Shown here: positions 12,601-22,600 of the stretch, piece after piece
How positions within the stretch are numbered: the first letter of the stretch is position 1
Layout: each line of letters begins with the position of its first letter
Notes under the pieces: model-generated
Database searches by the model: none
The model's input: only the letters and a program-made list of their open reading frames with translations
Told to the model about the DNA's origin: nothing
Assembly (NCBI GenBank): GCA_965287045.1
Contig: OZ336876.1
Span: forward strand, 3,410,001 to 3,474,000
Direction: 5' to 3'
Origin: Carcharhinus amblyrhynchos
Taxonomy: Eukaryota
Length of the DNA: 64,000 nt
Translations under genes and position numbers: made by a program

Positions 12601-14942
12601 TTGCCGTTATAAAATGAGATTGTGTCGAACGGAGTTAAATCCAATGGAAGATGATAAAGTGCACCATGGGCCCTTTGTATTGTTTTTATAAAGGCTGTTC
12701 ATCTTCCAATTCATGTATTTAGTCATTTACCAGTCATAAAGAGTCGGTTACCAAAATCGTTACTCTTCCATATATCCTCAGCTGAAAGCTGTCGTGCATT
12801 GAATATATTGTGATCGAGTAAATGAGTAGCTTTGAAGCAGATCACTAAGGTTCTAATTAGCTGAGCAGATTAAATATATCCCAATCTTTGCGATGTCTTG
12901 TTCAATTGAAACGTTAACTAGACTTCCAATGTTCTTTGGTTTATAGGCCAACTCTGTTTTTGGACTCTGGGTGGCCCAGTTAAAATGTTACAGATTTGAG
13001 GATACAGCATGGTTATAGATCGCAACAGACCGTTCAATAAATGTAATTATTGTCAGAGATGCAAACGATGTTCACATACCTCCGAAGATCCATTGTTGTG
13101 TGATTGGCACTAAAAGAGGGGAGAAATGAACAATATTATTATCTATGACCACATAGAATACTGTGTAAATTGCAGAAGGCTGATAGCTGGAGGGACTAAT
13201 AAAAAGTAGTTTGTAATTCTCTGAAGAGACAAAGAAAACTGTGTGTCGTTTGATATCATGTTATACTACCCACTAGATATTCCGTTCCATTATATGCGAA
13301 CATATAGGAATTGACAGGCATTAATGGCTCCCGCCCCGCCCCTGCGTCCGGAAAAGAAACACAAATATCACTGAAACCCCAAACAAATTTCATGCAAAAC
13401 ACAAGTGTACTCCTCAGAGACAATCGACGATGTAATGTATTCCACATAATGATTTTCTCACGAAATTTTAAGTGGAGCATTTTTTTTTGTGAGGTGAAGA
13501 CGGTACCATCAATGGTCACGCTAGTTGGACAAATTATCAAATTTGTGTCTATAAAGTTAATTGAAATATATTTATCTTAAACAATGCTTTATTTCGTTTT
13601 GGTCTAAAGGGAACTGCCAGATCAAAGGAGGCTCATAAAGGATGAAAGTATTCTTTGGTAGAAATAATCAGAGTTTTTTTTGTTTCTGTCTTGAAATTAA
13701 CGCTTGAAATCAGTAATACTCGGTTGAGGAGGAAAACTCTGAAGTACACTTCCACTTTTTTTAAACGCGGAAATTTTCAAGCAAAATTGAACATTCTGGG
13801 CTCTGTGGTCATGTGTAGTATTAATCACTCAGATTAACGCATTGCCGATGTATAATGTATCAAAAATTAGCCGCAAGCCAGCATAAGGGTACGAATAAAA
13901 TGTTTATTTCAATGGAAATGAATGTTAGAGGCATTGAATGACATACAATGAGGATTGTGGTTTACGTTTTCAACTCTTGCAACTGAAAACAGAGTGCAGC
14001 CATGCTTTTTTTTCAAAGCCTAGCTACCGGATGTAACGCACCTGCTGCAAAATGTAAAGATATGGTGATCGAAAGTAGTCAATGAATAATACATTTCATT
14101 CCTTTATGTATTATATAGTAGATCTTCCAATATTAACCACTCTAATTATCTGCTGTAACTAAACGTGGACAATATACGTTTTCAAACAGTGGACAATGGG
14201 TCATGTAAAACGCATACATTGAATCCGAGAAAAAAAAAGTGCACACCGACATTTGAAATCTGTTCTTTTTTTAAATTATGTGTAGATACTACGTTTCCAA
14301 AAATATCACCTGCACTATTCCATCTGGCAGATCGTTTCTGCATCTCTATGACCAGGGTTTCTCACTTCCTTGTCTCAATTTGATTAATTAACGTCGTCAC
14401 TTTCTTGCTCTCTCTCTCTCTCTCTCTCCCATCTCTGTCACATATCTCTCACTCATTCAGTCTCCCGTCACCTCCCTCCATCCCTCTGTCTCTGGTTCTC
14501 CCATTGTTTATCCACATTAGTCTCTGTTACTGTTTCTCACTCTCCCACTAAGTCTCCCACTCTTTCCTTAAGTCAGTGCCCCTGTATCACACTGAATAAC
14601 AGATACATCAACAAAGAGGAAGCAGTTTCGAAGAAGTTTTATGGGTGATGCATCCAGTATTTGTGAAATGAACACCCCTTAGTTCAGCAGCAAAATCTTT
14701 AAATTCTAATTTTCTACATAATTATAAACAGGTTGGAAATAAATGAACGGTAATTCCATTGAATGCATCATCTTAGAAACCCACGCGAGGGATTCAGAAT
14801 GATACTCGCTCTGGCAGAACCTGCCTTCTTCTCAGTGCTAAAAATACGCGTGAAATGGAACTGAACTTCAAACATTTAAAGTACCAGACGTTCACTTACA
14901 GAATATTAAAAGGAGGAAGAATGAAATGTGTCTCTGCAACAT
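464..14942 (-). CDS. Gene B: FCRL-like paralog with signal peptide and 2 Ig domains; 3' end uncertain
   Basis: S1 14900-14942, S2 13080-13109, Ig exons 4015-4260 and 1443-1721, all phase 1; candidate terminal exon 464-630. Confidence 0.7.
1443..1721 (-). CDS. Gene B Ig exon (FCRL D3-type)
   Basis: ELFSKPTLKIDP...EGQPLKLIC...LQYSFYKD...DSGIYHCEA...KKKSDEVSISVK; the ELF-x-x-P-x-L start is typical of FcR/FCRL D3; 279 nt, like gene A D3. Confidence 0.92.
1845..2839. repeat. Inverted duplication, arms 1845-2140 and 2544-2839, CR1 3' fragment as spacer
   Basis: The arms align as reverse complements over ~296 bp with about 24 mismatches by hand count. Confidence 0.95.
2148..2530 (+). mobile_element. 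CR1/HER1 LINE 3' end fragment
   Basis: LGLFS..RRRLRRDLIEFYK...TRRHRFKV...KFFTQRVV and a (TTCTATG)n tail. Confidence 0.9.
3345..3467 (+). mobile_element. Penelope-like pseudo-LTR fragment (degenerate hammerhead), abutting an N gap
   Basis: Similar to the copies at 19476-19570 and 51516-51610 (aataaacctgttgaactttaacctggtgttgtgag...cccagtccaacgccggcatctc). Confidence 0.8.
3468..3695. other. Assembly gap (N); further gaps at 5933-6060, 6162-6373 and 32808-32938
   Basis: Runs of n. Confidence 1.
3696..3930. repeat. Degenerate (TCTG/TCTA)n microsatellite
   Basis: Tetranucleotide repeats visible directly. Confidence 0.85.
4015..4260 (-). CDS. Gene B Ig exon (D1/D2-type)
   Basis: AVKLVVSEPPIFEGSSLNLQC...FYKDG...DSGLYHC...SERVNVQVQ; 246 nt, phase 1-1. 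Confidence 0.9.
4620..5440 (+). mobile_element. Decayed CR1 LINE 3' portion
   Basis: Remnant motifs LEKMWKLFTRMVP, LGLFYLE. Confidence 0.75.
5875..6161. repeat. (TC)n microsatellite flanking N gaps
   Basis: Direct; further (TC)n runs at ~14408, ~35784 and ~55507. Confidence 0.9.
6880..7690 (+). mobile_element. Highly decayed CR1 RT fragment
   Basis: Remnants of GMPQRSVF (GVPQGSVL) and surrounding RT motifs. Confidence 0.6.
7715..7865 (+). mobile_element. Penelope-like GIY-YIG C-terminal fragment
   Basis: Resembles the KLEEQHLIFRLG..QPSGLNIEFNN end of elasmobranch PLE ORFs. Confidence 0.55.
8140..8930 (+). mobile_element. HE1-like SINE pieces interleaved with a CR1 fragment
   Basis: ctgtgcagtttgcatatgtccc...gggtttcc...tccaaagatg; catgctaaattgccc...gtcggtgcagactcgatgg. 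Confidence 0.65.
9310..9635 (-). mobile_element. HE1-like tRNA-derived SINE
   Basis: gtgggaggaaacaggagcgccctgaggaaacccacacagacac and cattcggccc tail on the reverse strand. Confidence 0.75.
10845..11320 (+). mobile_element. Decayed CR1 3' fragment
   Basis: SRTRRHKFKI motif and tail cctatggttct. Confidence 0.7.
13080..13109 (-). CDS. Gene B exon S2, 30-nt mini-exon (LPITQQWIFG)
   Basis: Acceptor ttctcccctcttttag, donor GAG|gtatgt, phase 1-1. Confidence 0.78.
14900..14942 (-). CDS. Gene B exon S1 (MLQRHISFFLLLIF)
   Basis: ATG, hydrophobic core, donor T|GTAAGT, phase 1. Confidence 0.78.
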
Positions 14943-16904
14943 TATGGTCAGTGTAACTCTCTTCGAGCGTACGCCTCTTTGGATGAACTCTTTATTTTCC
15001 CTGCACCTGAAATGCACAAGGAGATAAACAGGCAGTGCTCCACATTGACAAATCAACTCTTCGACAACATTATGACAGATTTAAACTATTGGGCTCACTT
15101 CCCTATCTTTGGGCGGAGACTTGCTCTTTGTTTTATCAAATCGAAGCTATGAATACAACATCCATTCCATCAAACGTATTAAAGTTATTCTCAATTAAAT
15201 CTGCGCCTCTGTTCACTACATCAGTATCTCACCTACATTCAAATACTTATCTTAGATTTTCTCCTGAAGAGCTTGTATGCATAGAAAACAGATATAGCAA
15301 ATAGATTCTGAATGCGGAGTCGGGAAGTAGAGGCCGCAGTCTGCAACTGCCGAACTCACGCATGCGGGAAGCGAATGAGCAGTACCATTGGTGTTGTATT
15401 TCGTCACACTGGTTAACAGAGTAAATTTCAGCGGACACGTTATTCAATTCTAACTTACAGCAGAACACGTATTTTTGCCCTGGCCGTTCAATAAAAAGCG
15501 GGGCCATCAGCATTAGGCCGTCGGGATGTAGAGTTGATGTGTGTCTCCAATTGTTTCACGGGTGTTTTATTCTAACCGCATCCTGTACCATGCAAACAAA
15601 GGCTCGCCTGGTGTGAAACTGCAGCCTTCTGTACTTCCGACCAAGGAAAGTAGAGCTGCGCGTGTGGCCATTGCACAATGGTAGTCACGGGGCGAAGATT
15701 GATGACTGGTTTCAGTAGGAATTTTGAAGGTTATAGTTGTTTCACTGCACTAGAGTTAACCATTAATGCACCGAATGCTTAAGCAAATTATTAATATAGG
15801 AGTGATTCAATTCACAAATTGTTGATGCACAAAACAAGGCTTAATCCAGAGTGTGGTGCAAATGTTGATTCCCATTACGTTCATCATAGCCATTCACCAT
15901 CAGTAGGTCTGCCAGAGGAGCTAACGAATTTGCCTTCCATAGCAACTTCTAAGGTCTAGGATAGTTTATGCGCTCACACACACGTGCATGGCAATGCGAC
16001 AACTTCGCTTTGCTGGAATTGTGTTGAAACAGGAATTCATGCAATTCTCCCTGATTGCCATGAAACATTCTAATAACTGAGGAAGAGTTTATAAGTGGAT
16101 TAACTCTAGCATTGATTCCATACATAAATATTGCAAGAGAAGTATTTCTCTCCCATCTGTAGAGTGCGCTCTTGGGACCTTACTGGTTGAACCTGTGACT
16201 GATGTGAGAAATCGTATTAAGGCACTTGATTATCATCGATATTGTCATGTTGGAACAGACCCTGATATGTACCCAAATATTACCTTTTTCATTCACGTCT
16301 AAGACTACCAGCGAGTCCATCCTTTTATTACATGAGTATGCTGTTATGAGTTTCACTTATTCGGTTAGATTTTCATTCATAATATTAACTAAAATGTTAC
16401 CCTTTGTGATAATTGTTGAGTTGGCTCCAACTGAAACTTTGCACCGATAATACTTGAATTATCAAGACTCGGCTCCATGATTAGCATCTGTGTTTATATA
16501 TTCCTTATTGAAAGCTCCTGATTATTTTGTATGTCATATACCTGATTCAATTCTATATCGACAAGACTGTTCTTCTTCAACTCTGTGTAATACAACAAGA
16601 TCTGCTTGTGCACAAAAATACCACTGGCAACTTAGTTGGCTTATTCCTAAATGTCATTAGTAACCTTCTCCTACAGGTACAAATCTGTGACCTTGGCATT
16701 AATAAATGGACATTTTATTTAACAATGTTTAATACCTTCTGTTTCAATGTTAGATACTTACCCCAGAATCCAATTGCAAAGAAGCTGCTTTCCTTACGCT
16801 GCCGAAATCTTTCTAGAAAAAGGCAATGGCAGATGGTGCAAGTGCTAAAGATTCCTGCTCAGCCACGTGATATAAAATATGGGAGAATCGAAGGTCATTA
16901 TCCA

Positions 16905-18232
16905 CCGACACACGCATTAAGCTGCATGGATTCATGAAGGGGAAGTTGTGTTTGATGAATTTACTGGATTTTTATGAAGATGTGACGAGTGCAGTTGACA
17001 GAGGGGAACCGATGGATGTGGTGTTTTTTGAATCCCAGAAAGTGCTCGATAAGGTGCCTCACAAAAGGTTGCTGCAGAAGGTTAGGGGACACGGAGTTGG
17101 GGGTAAAGTGTTAGCGCGGATTGAGGATTGGCTATCTAACAGGAAGCAGAGAGTTGGAATAAATGGGGTTTTTTTTCTGGTTGACAGTTGGTGACTAGTG
17201 GCGTGCCACAGGGATCGGTGCTGGGGCCTCAACTGTTTACTATATACATAGATGATTTGGAGGATGGGGCTGAGTGCAGGGTAACAAAATTTGCTGATGA
17301 CACGAAGGTGAGTGGAAAAGTGAATTGTGTGGAGGACGCAGAAGATTTGCAGACAGATTTGGATAGACTGAGTGAATGGGCGAGGACCTGGCAGATGGGG
17401 TTTAACGTTGGCAAATGTGAGGTTATCCACTTTGGAAGAAACCATAGTAGGATGGAATATTATTTAAATGGTGAAAAACTGCAGCATGCTACTGTGCAGA
17501 GGGACCTGGGGGTCCTTGTGCATGAATCACAAAATCTCAGCCTGCAGGTGCAGCAGGTGATCAAGAAGGTGAATGGAATGTCGGTCTTTATAGCGAGGGG
17601 ATAGAATATAAAAGCAGGGAGGTCTTTCTGAAACTGTACAAGGCACTGGTGAGGCCGTAACTTGAGTACTGTGGGCAGTTTTGGTCCCCTTATTTGCGAA
17701 AGGATATATTGGCCTTGGAGGGAGTACAGGGATGGTTCACCAGGCTGATACCGGAGATGAGGGGGATAGCTTATGAGGAGAGATTGAATAGACTGGACCT
17801 GTACTCGTTGGAGTTTAGAAGGCTGAGGGGGGATCTCATAGAGACTTACAAGATAATAAAGGGGCTAGATAGGGTAGAGGTGACGAGATTCTTTCCACTT
17901 AGAAAGGAAACCAGAACTAAAGGGCACAGCTTCAAAAGGGGTGGGGGGGCGGGAGGCGGCAGTTTAGAACAGAGTTGAGGAAGAACTTCTTTTCTCAGAG
18001 GGTAATGAATCTCTGGAATTCTCTGCACATTGAAGGGGTGAAGATTATCTCGTTGAATATGTTTAAGTCACGGGTCGATAGGTTTCCGATTGACAGGGGA
18101 ATTAAGGGTTATGGGGAGAAAACGGGAAAGTGGAACTGATCCACTTCAGATCAGCCATGATCTTATTGAATGGCGGGACAGGGTCGAAGGGCTAGCTGGC
18201 CTACTCCTGCTCCTATTCCCTATGTTCCGATG
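16905..18232 (+). mobile_element. CR1/HER1 LINE, 5'-truncated (RT domain plus 3' UTR), inactivated
   Basis: GVPQGSVLGP, KFADDTK, VQRDLGVLV, RRLRGDLIETYK; stops and frameshifts; tail ctattccctatgtt. Confidence 0.95.
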
Positions 18233-19428
18233 TCAATGACTGTGAAGCCACAGTAAGGTCAACAAATTTGGGTGGCGGAGGAGTTCGGCACTGGTAATGG
18301 GAAGAGACGGATAATGCCAATGAGGACTGATGGGGATGGAGGCGGTTTGGAATGGAGTCGTCTGTCCAGTCGAGTGTTTTGAATCTTATTGTGTCAACAA
18401 CATGGGAAGATGGGAAGGTGTAGATTATAGACGTAATTCCTTGTCCTTCCATGGACGCGTTTCCGTCAATGTGGAACGCAGCCGTAATGCAGAGAAATGA
18501 AAAACACTTTGTACTGAATGTCAAAGAATTACAACATTGTAACAATATACAGCATCATTTTGCTGCCTTCTCCCCATACACATTTACATTTTTTCTATAT
18601 CCAAATAAATATATATTGCGCATGTGAAAGCCTCGACTAAGCATTTTTTTTCACTAAACATTCCAGACTGAACAGCTCATTGTGTGGTAAAGGATGTTGG
18701 ACATCACTTTTGTCTCTTTTGCAAATTACTTCAAATCTGTGTCCACGCATCCTTGACATGTGTGCCAGTGGGAATAATTTCACCCTGCATACTTTTTTTT
18801 TCCATCCCTTTATGAGTTTGTACATCTCTACCAGCATCTTGTAGCATTTGAAACAAGGTAAGTGAGTTGACAGCACAAACAATTGTGAATGAGTATGATT
18901 TGGTAGCCACTACAGAGACAGAGTTACAGGATGGGCATAACTGGGAGTTAAATATCCAGGGGTATCAAAGTGATTGGAGGGATACACATGGAGGTAAGGG
19001 AGGTGGAGTAGCTCTGATATTTAAGGATGAGTCAGGACGGTAGCGAGAGATGATATAGAATCAATGAGATTTAAAAAAGGTTGAATCCATCTGAGTGCAA
19101 ATTATGAATTGCAAGGAGAAAAAAATCACTGTTAAGCAGAGTCTATAGGTAATCAAATAATAAAATCATAGAGGGGAGAGAAATGAACAAAAAAAAACCT
19201 GACGCATGTAAGGCTGGTACAGCAATTATTATGGAGAATTTTAATCCGCACATTAATTCGTGATATCTTTGTGATATCCTCCTTGAAGAGTATGTAATAG
19301 AACCTACCACGGAGCAAGCTATCCTGGTCCTGTATAATGATGTGGGTATGCCGGCGTTGGACTGGCGTAAACACAGTAAAAAGTCTGACAACACCAGGTT
19401 TTAGTCCAACTTATTTATTTGATAATAT

Positions 19429-19470
19429 ACTCACTAGCTTTCGAGGGGACTGCCTCTTCGTCAGGTGAAT
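19429..19470 (-). ncRNA. Minimal type I hammerhead ribozyme motif (reverse arm)
   Basis: Reverse complement reads attcac-CTGACGA-a-gagg cagtc cctc-GAAA-gct-a-gtgagt (CUA cleavage triplet). Confidence 0.7.
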
Positions 19471-19475
19471 TCGCC

Positions 19476-19517
19476 ATTCACCTGACGAAGAGGCAGTCCC
19501 CTCGAAAGCTTGTGAGT
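19476..19517 (+). ncRNA. Minimal type I hammerhead ribozyme motif (PLE-type)
   Basis: attcac-CTGACGA-a-gagg cagtc cctc-GAAA-gct-t-gtgagt: conserved core, stem I and stem II pairing, palindromic AGCU stem III. Confidence 0.7.
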
Positions 19518-22468
19518 ATATTATCAAATAAGTAGGTTGGACTAAAACCTGGTGTTGTCAGACTTTTTACCCTGTATAATGAAGCAGGAATAATTAATGT
19601 TCTTACAACTAGGGATCCTACTGGAAGAAGAGATCACAGCATGCTGAATTTAAAAAGCAGATTGCGCGTGAGAAGGTAAAATGTAATGCCAGTGTCCTGT
19701 GCTTATACAAAAGAGACGTTCCTATTGCCTGCAGTTCTTGTCCTTCTGGGTGGTAAAGATCACAAAGTTGGAAGGTCGTTTGAAAGACGTCTTGGTGATT
19801 TACGTAGTACATTTGGTATATGGCACACGCGTTATCCACTATACATCAACGGTGGCCGGGGTGGTGGTGGGGGGTGGGCGGAATTAAATGTTTAAAGTTG
19901 CGGATTGAATATCAGTGAAAAAGAAGTATATACAATACGTTTCTGACTTGTGTCTTGTGAATGGTGGACAGATTTTGGACAGTAAAGAAATTTGATACGC
20001 ACCACAAAATTCCCAGCCACTGAACTTTTCTTGTGGCTAGGCTACTAATACAGTTGGCCAAATTTGGTTTCGTTTCAATGGTCTCCCACATGATATCTCT
20101 TTTTTTTTCATTGTTGCAAACTTGGCCACTTTGGCGATGAACAAAAAAAGTGGCATTATGTTTGTTATTAATATCCGTAGAAGCCTTTTGTAATGGGAAC
20201 AACTGCTGGGAAACTGCGTGCATGTAAAACAGGATTGCAGTTGTTCTCTCTTCATTAGGAACTCTCTGCTTATGTTTCATGCCGACATTTGTCCTTCCTC
20301 AAAGCTTGTCAATGAGATATCTTAAGAAACTGCAACTTTGAGCATCAGATGGAGATGTTAAGCTGTATGGAATCCTCAGTGTTATATATCCGTCTGGTAA
20401 GTCATTTTCCAGTAAAGCACGTTGATATGACATCTGTCTTTTTGTCCATCTGTTGCATCATTTCATCTCAGTTAGTAGCTAATCGCTGCATCAAAGCCGT
20501 TAGCTGAAACTCAAAGCAATGTCGCCATTAAAATTGTGTTGGCTCCATTCTTATGCTAATATGAGTGCCAATTAGCTTTGCAGGAATTTCTGGAATAGTA
20601 GCTACAATAAGAATTTGTCCTGCGTGTGTCTTGAATTAACGATAGCTGAGTCCCGGAATTGAAACGATGCTCAAATATTTGGAATCCTAAATTAGCTGGT
20701 GCATCTTAAACTGTGGCATTTATTTTCACTCATCAGACTAAAGCGCCAGCCATTCATGCTGAAGCCACAGAATACTCCTTGAAACTGGGGGGAGGAGCCG
20801 AGCATTACTAATGTTATGCAGCTTTGAGGTCTTTCTGCTCTTGTTTTGACATCAACTCTGTGTATTGGCACTTAATCTGTAATTAATTGAAATAACATTT
20901 CGTATTTTCCTCAGATCATTTCCCTGTCACCTGATTCAATCAGCAACTTCCTGCTTGACTTGAACGTCACTTTCAATAGAAATGTTAACTGTTAAAACCG
21001 TTTTAATATTCATGATAAGACAATGCATTATTTACAGATTTATTATAGATCAGGAAATTTATTTGTGCATAAGAAAAACAGAAACTTCCACGATATGTAT
21101 TTTCATTACACTTTTGACTACAAACTATTATTAATTAAAAAAGATGTCTTCCACGATGCAACATCAAATATTCTGCTACACAGCCATCTTCCAAATTAGT
21201 AAATGCCAACAACAAATCCACCCAACATATTTTGTGAGCAAAGTATTGCGCTATTGTTGGGAAACGGAGATGGTGATTGTCCATTTCGTGCTCGAGGGCA
21301 ACCTTCACAACGCTTTTGTTGACACGGTCTTGGTTACCAATTCTGCAACAGTTGTGCTTGTCTCAATGAATTAGATTCACCAGTGTCGTTACCATCAATA
21401 AACCATGTTAGTCTGAGAGAAGTTATGAACATGTCCTACATCTTGCTGCCTGGAATTCTGCAATAGGTTTGTGGTTATCTATGTTACATCGACCATTGTG
21501 CTTGAGACCATACATACTATATTAATTTGTGATAAAGTTAGGAGGCTTCGGAAAAGTGTGACTTCTTTCATGCTTATAAATTTCAACAGATTAAATATCC
21601 CCTCGCAGTTCGTTTTCATGAGTAATAGCTGACTGGTAGTTGTTTAACCTGAGGGTGACCACACATCAGGACGAAGGTGGACCTTATTTAACTACCCTAT
21701 TTGATACAGGAATGAAATACACACTGTATTCCTAACCAGCTGACCAGCCAACTGAGCTAAAATTCAGCCATTGATATGCGTTTTTTCCCCTTCGTTGTAA
21801 TGCACAGGTCAGAACGATAATGATATTTCATTAGCCATCAAATGGGTACCGTCCAGCGACTTAGCTCCGTTAACAATTGAGACATTATTGTTGCAGTTCT
21901 TTCACAATTGTTCCACTCCAGGATGTTAATTAGACTCTGATGTGGAATTATATTCTGCTAGATATTGCATTACTGCTTCCATGGTTGGGAAAAGTCGTCA
22001 GGTTTGTCCAGGTTGGAACTATATCTTTCTCATTAACCTGATTTCCAAAGGTCGGATAGATAGCTGTTCAGTTAAATTAGCACCAGAAATGTATTTACAA
22101 CATGTCAATCGGTATTGACCCTATTCTATTTGAAAAGCTGGGATCGTGTGACACTGTGAGCGAATCTCTGACAGAGCATTTCTCCTGCTGGAATTAAACT
22201 GCCTTCTCCAAAACATCACGAATCAGGATGAATTGAACTGAAAGCAACTTACTGAATGTCTCGAGTTTGCTCACGCTAAAAATCAGTCAATATGATGCAA
22301 TGTCCAAAATTAACATTCAGGCAGTGCCATAATCCAGAATATTTGACTGCAAAATATACAGTAAATTTCCGAAATTGAGCATCCACTTTAGAAACAAACA
22401 GCTCGAAACTACGAAGGCCACAAATGAACAATAGCTGCAATGACGCATTAATGTTTTGTTCAATTTTG

Positions 22469-22600
22469 CTATGAATGTCGTGGAAGATTCGCGTATACAC
22501 CCCCTTCTTCATTTTCATTTTCTTGAACAGTATTTTCATTGTTCCTGTGGTTCAGTGTGGCATATGTGATGCAATAGTCTCCCTCGTCCTTCTTGTTATC
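22469..22600 (-). CDS. Gene A terminal coding exon (DNKKDEGDYCITYATLNH...EEGGVYANLPRHS*)
   Basis: Acceptor ttctttaatttcag, phase 0; ITIM ITYATL, GVYANL, TAG stop. Confidence 0.85.
   Translation of the reverse strand, partial: DNKKDEGDYCITYATLNHRNNENTVQENENEEGGVYANLPRHS

Larger units (their letters stand above)
19341..19570. mobile_element. Non-autonomous Penelope-derived fold-back insertion with 12-bp TSD (cctgtataatga)
   Basis: Inverted arms 19376-19470 and 19476-19570, loop tcgcc; TSD at 19329-19340 and 19571-19582. Confidence 0.9.
18880..19700 (+). mobile_element. Decayed CR1 endonuclease-region fragment, interrupted by a Penelope hairpin
   Basis: Remnants of the NIQGY..., GKGGGVALIFK and ENFNPH endonuclease motifs. 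Confidence 0.7.

Noticed and set aside
14943-15006. Open frame upstream of the gene B ATG containing a furin-like RSKR
   Set aside because: Only 21 codons; the candidate upstream exon (16762-16812) has a stop in the required frame, so this is most likely UTR and chance.
19376-19570. Hairpin as a pre-miRNA gene, CRISPR repeat or bacterial terminator
   Set aside because: Arms match the Penelope LTR at 51516-51610 and are flanked by a TSD; no repeat-spacer array; eukaryotic context.
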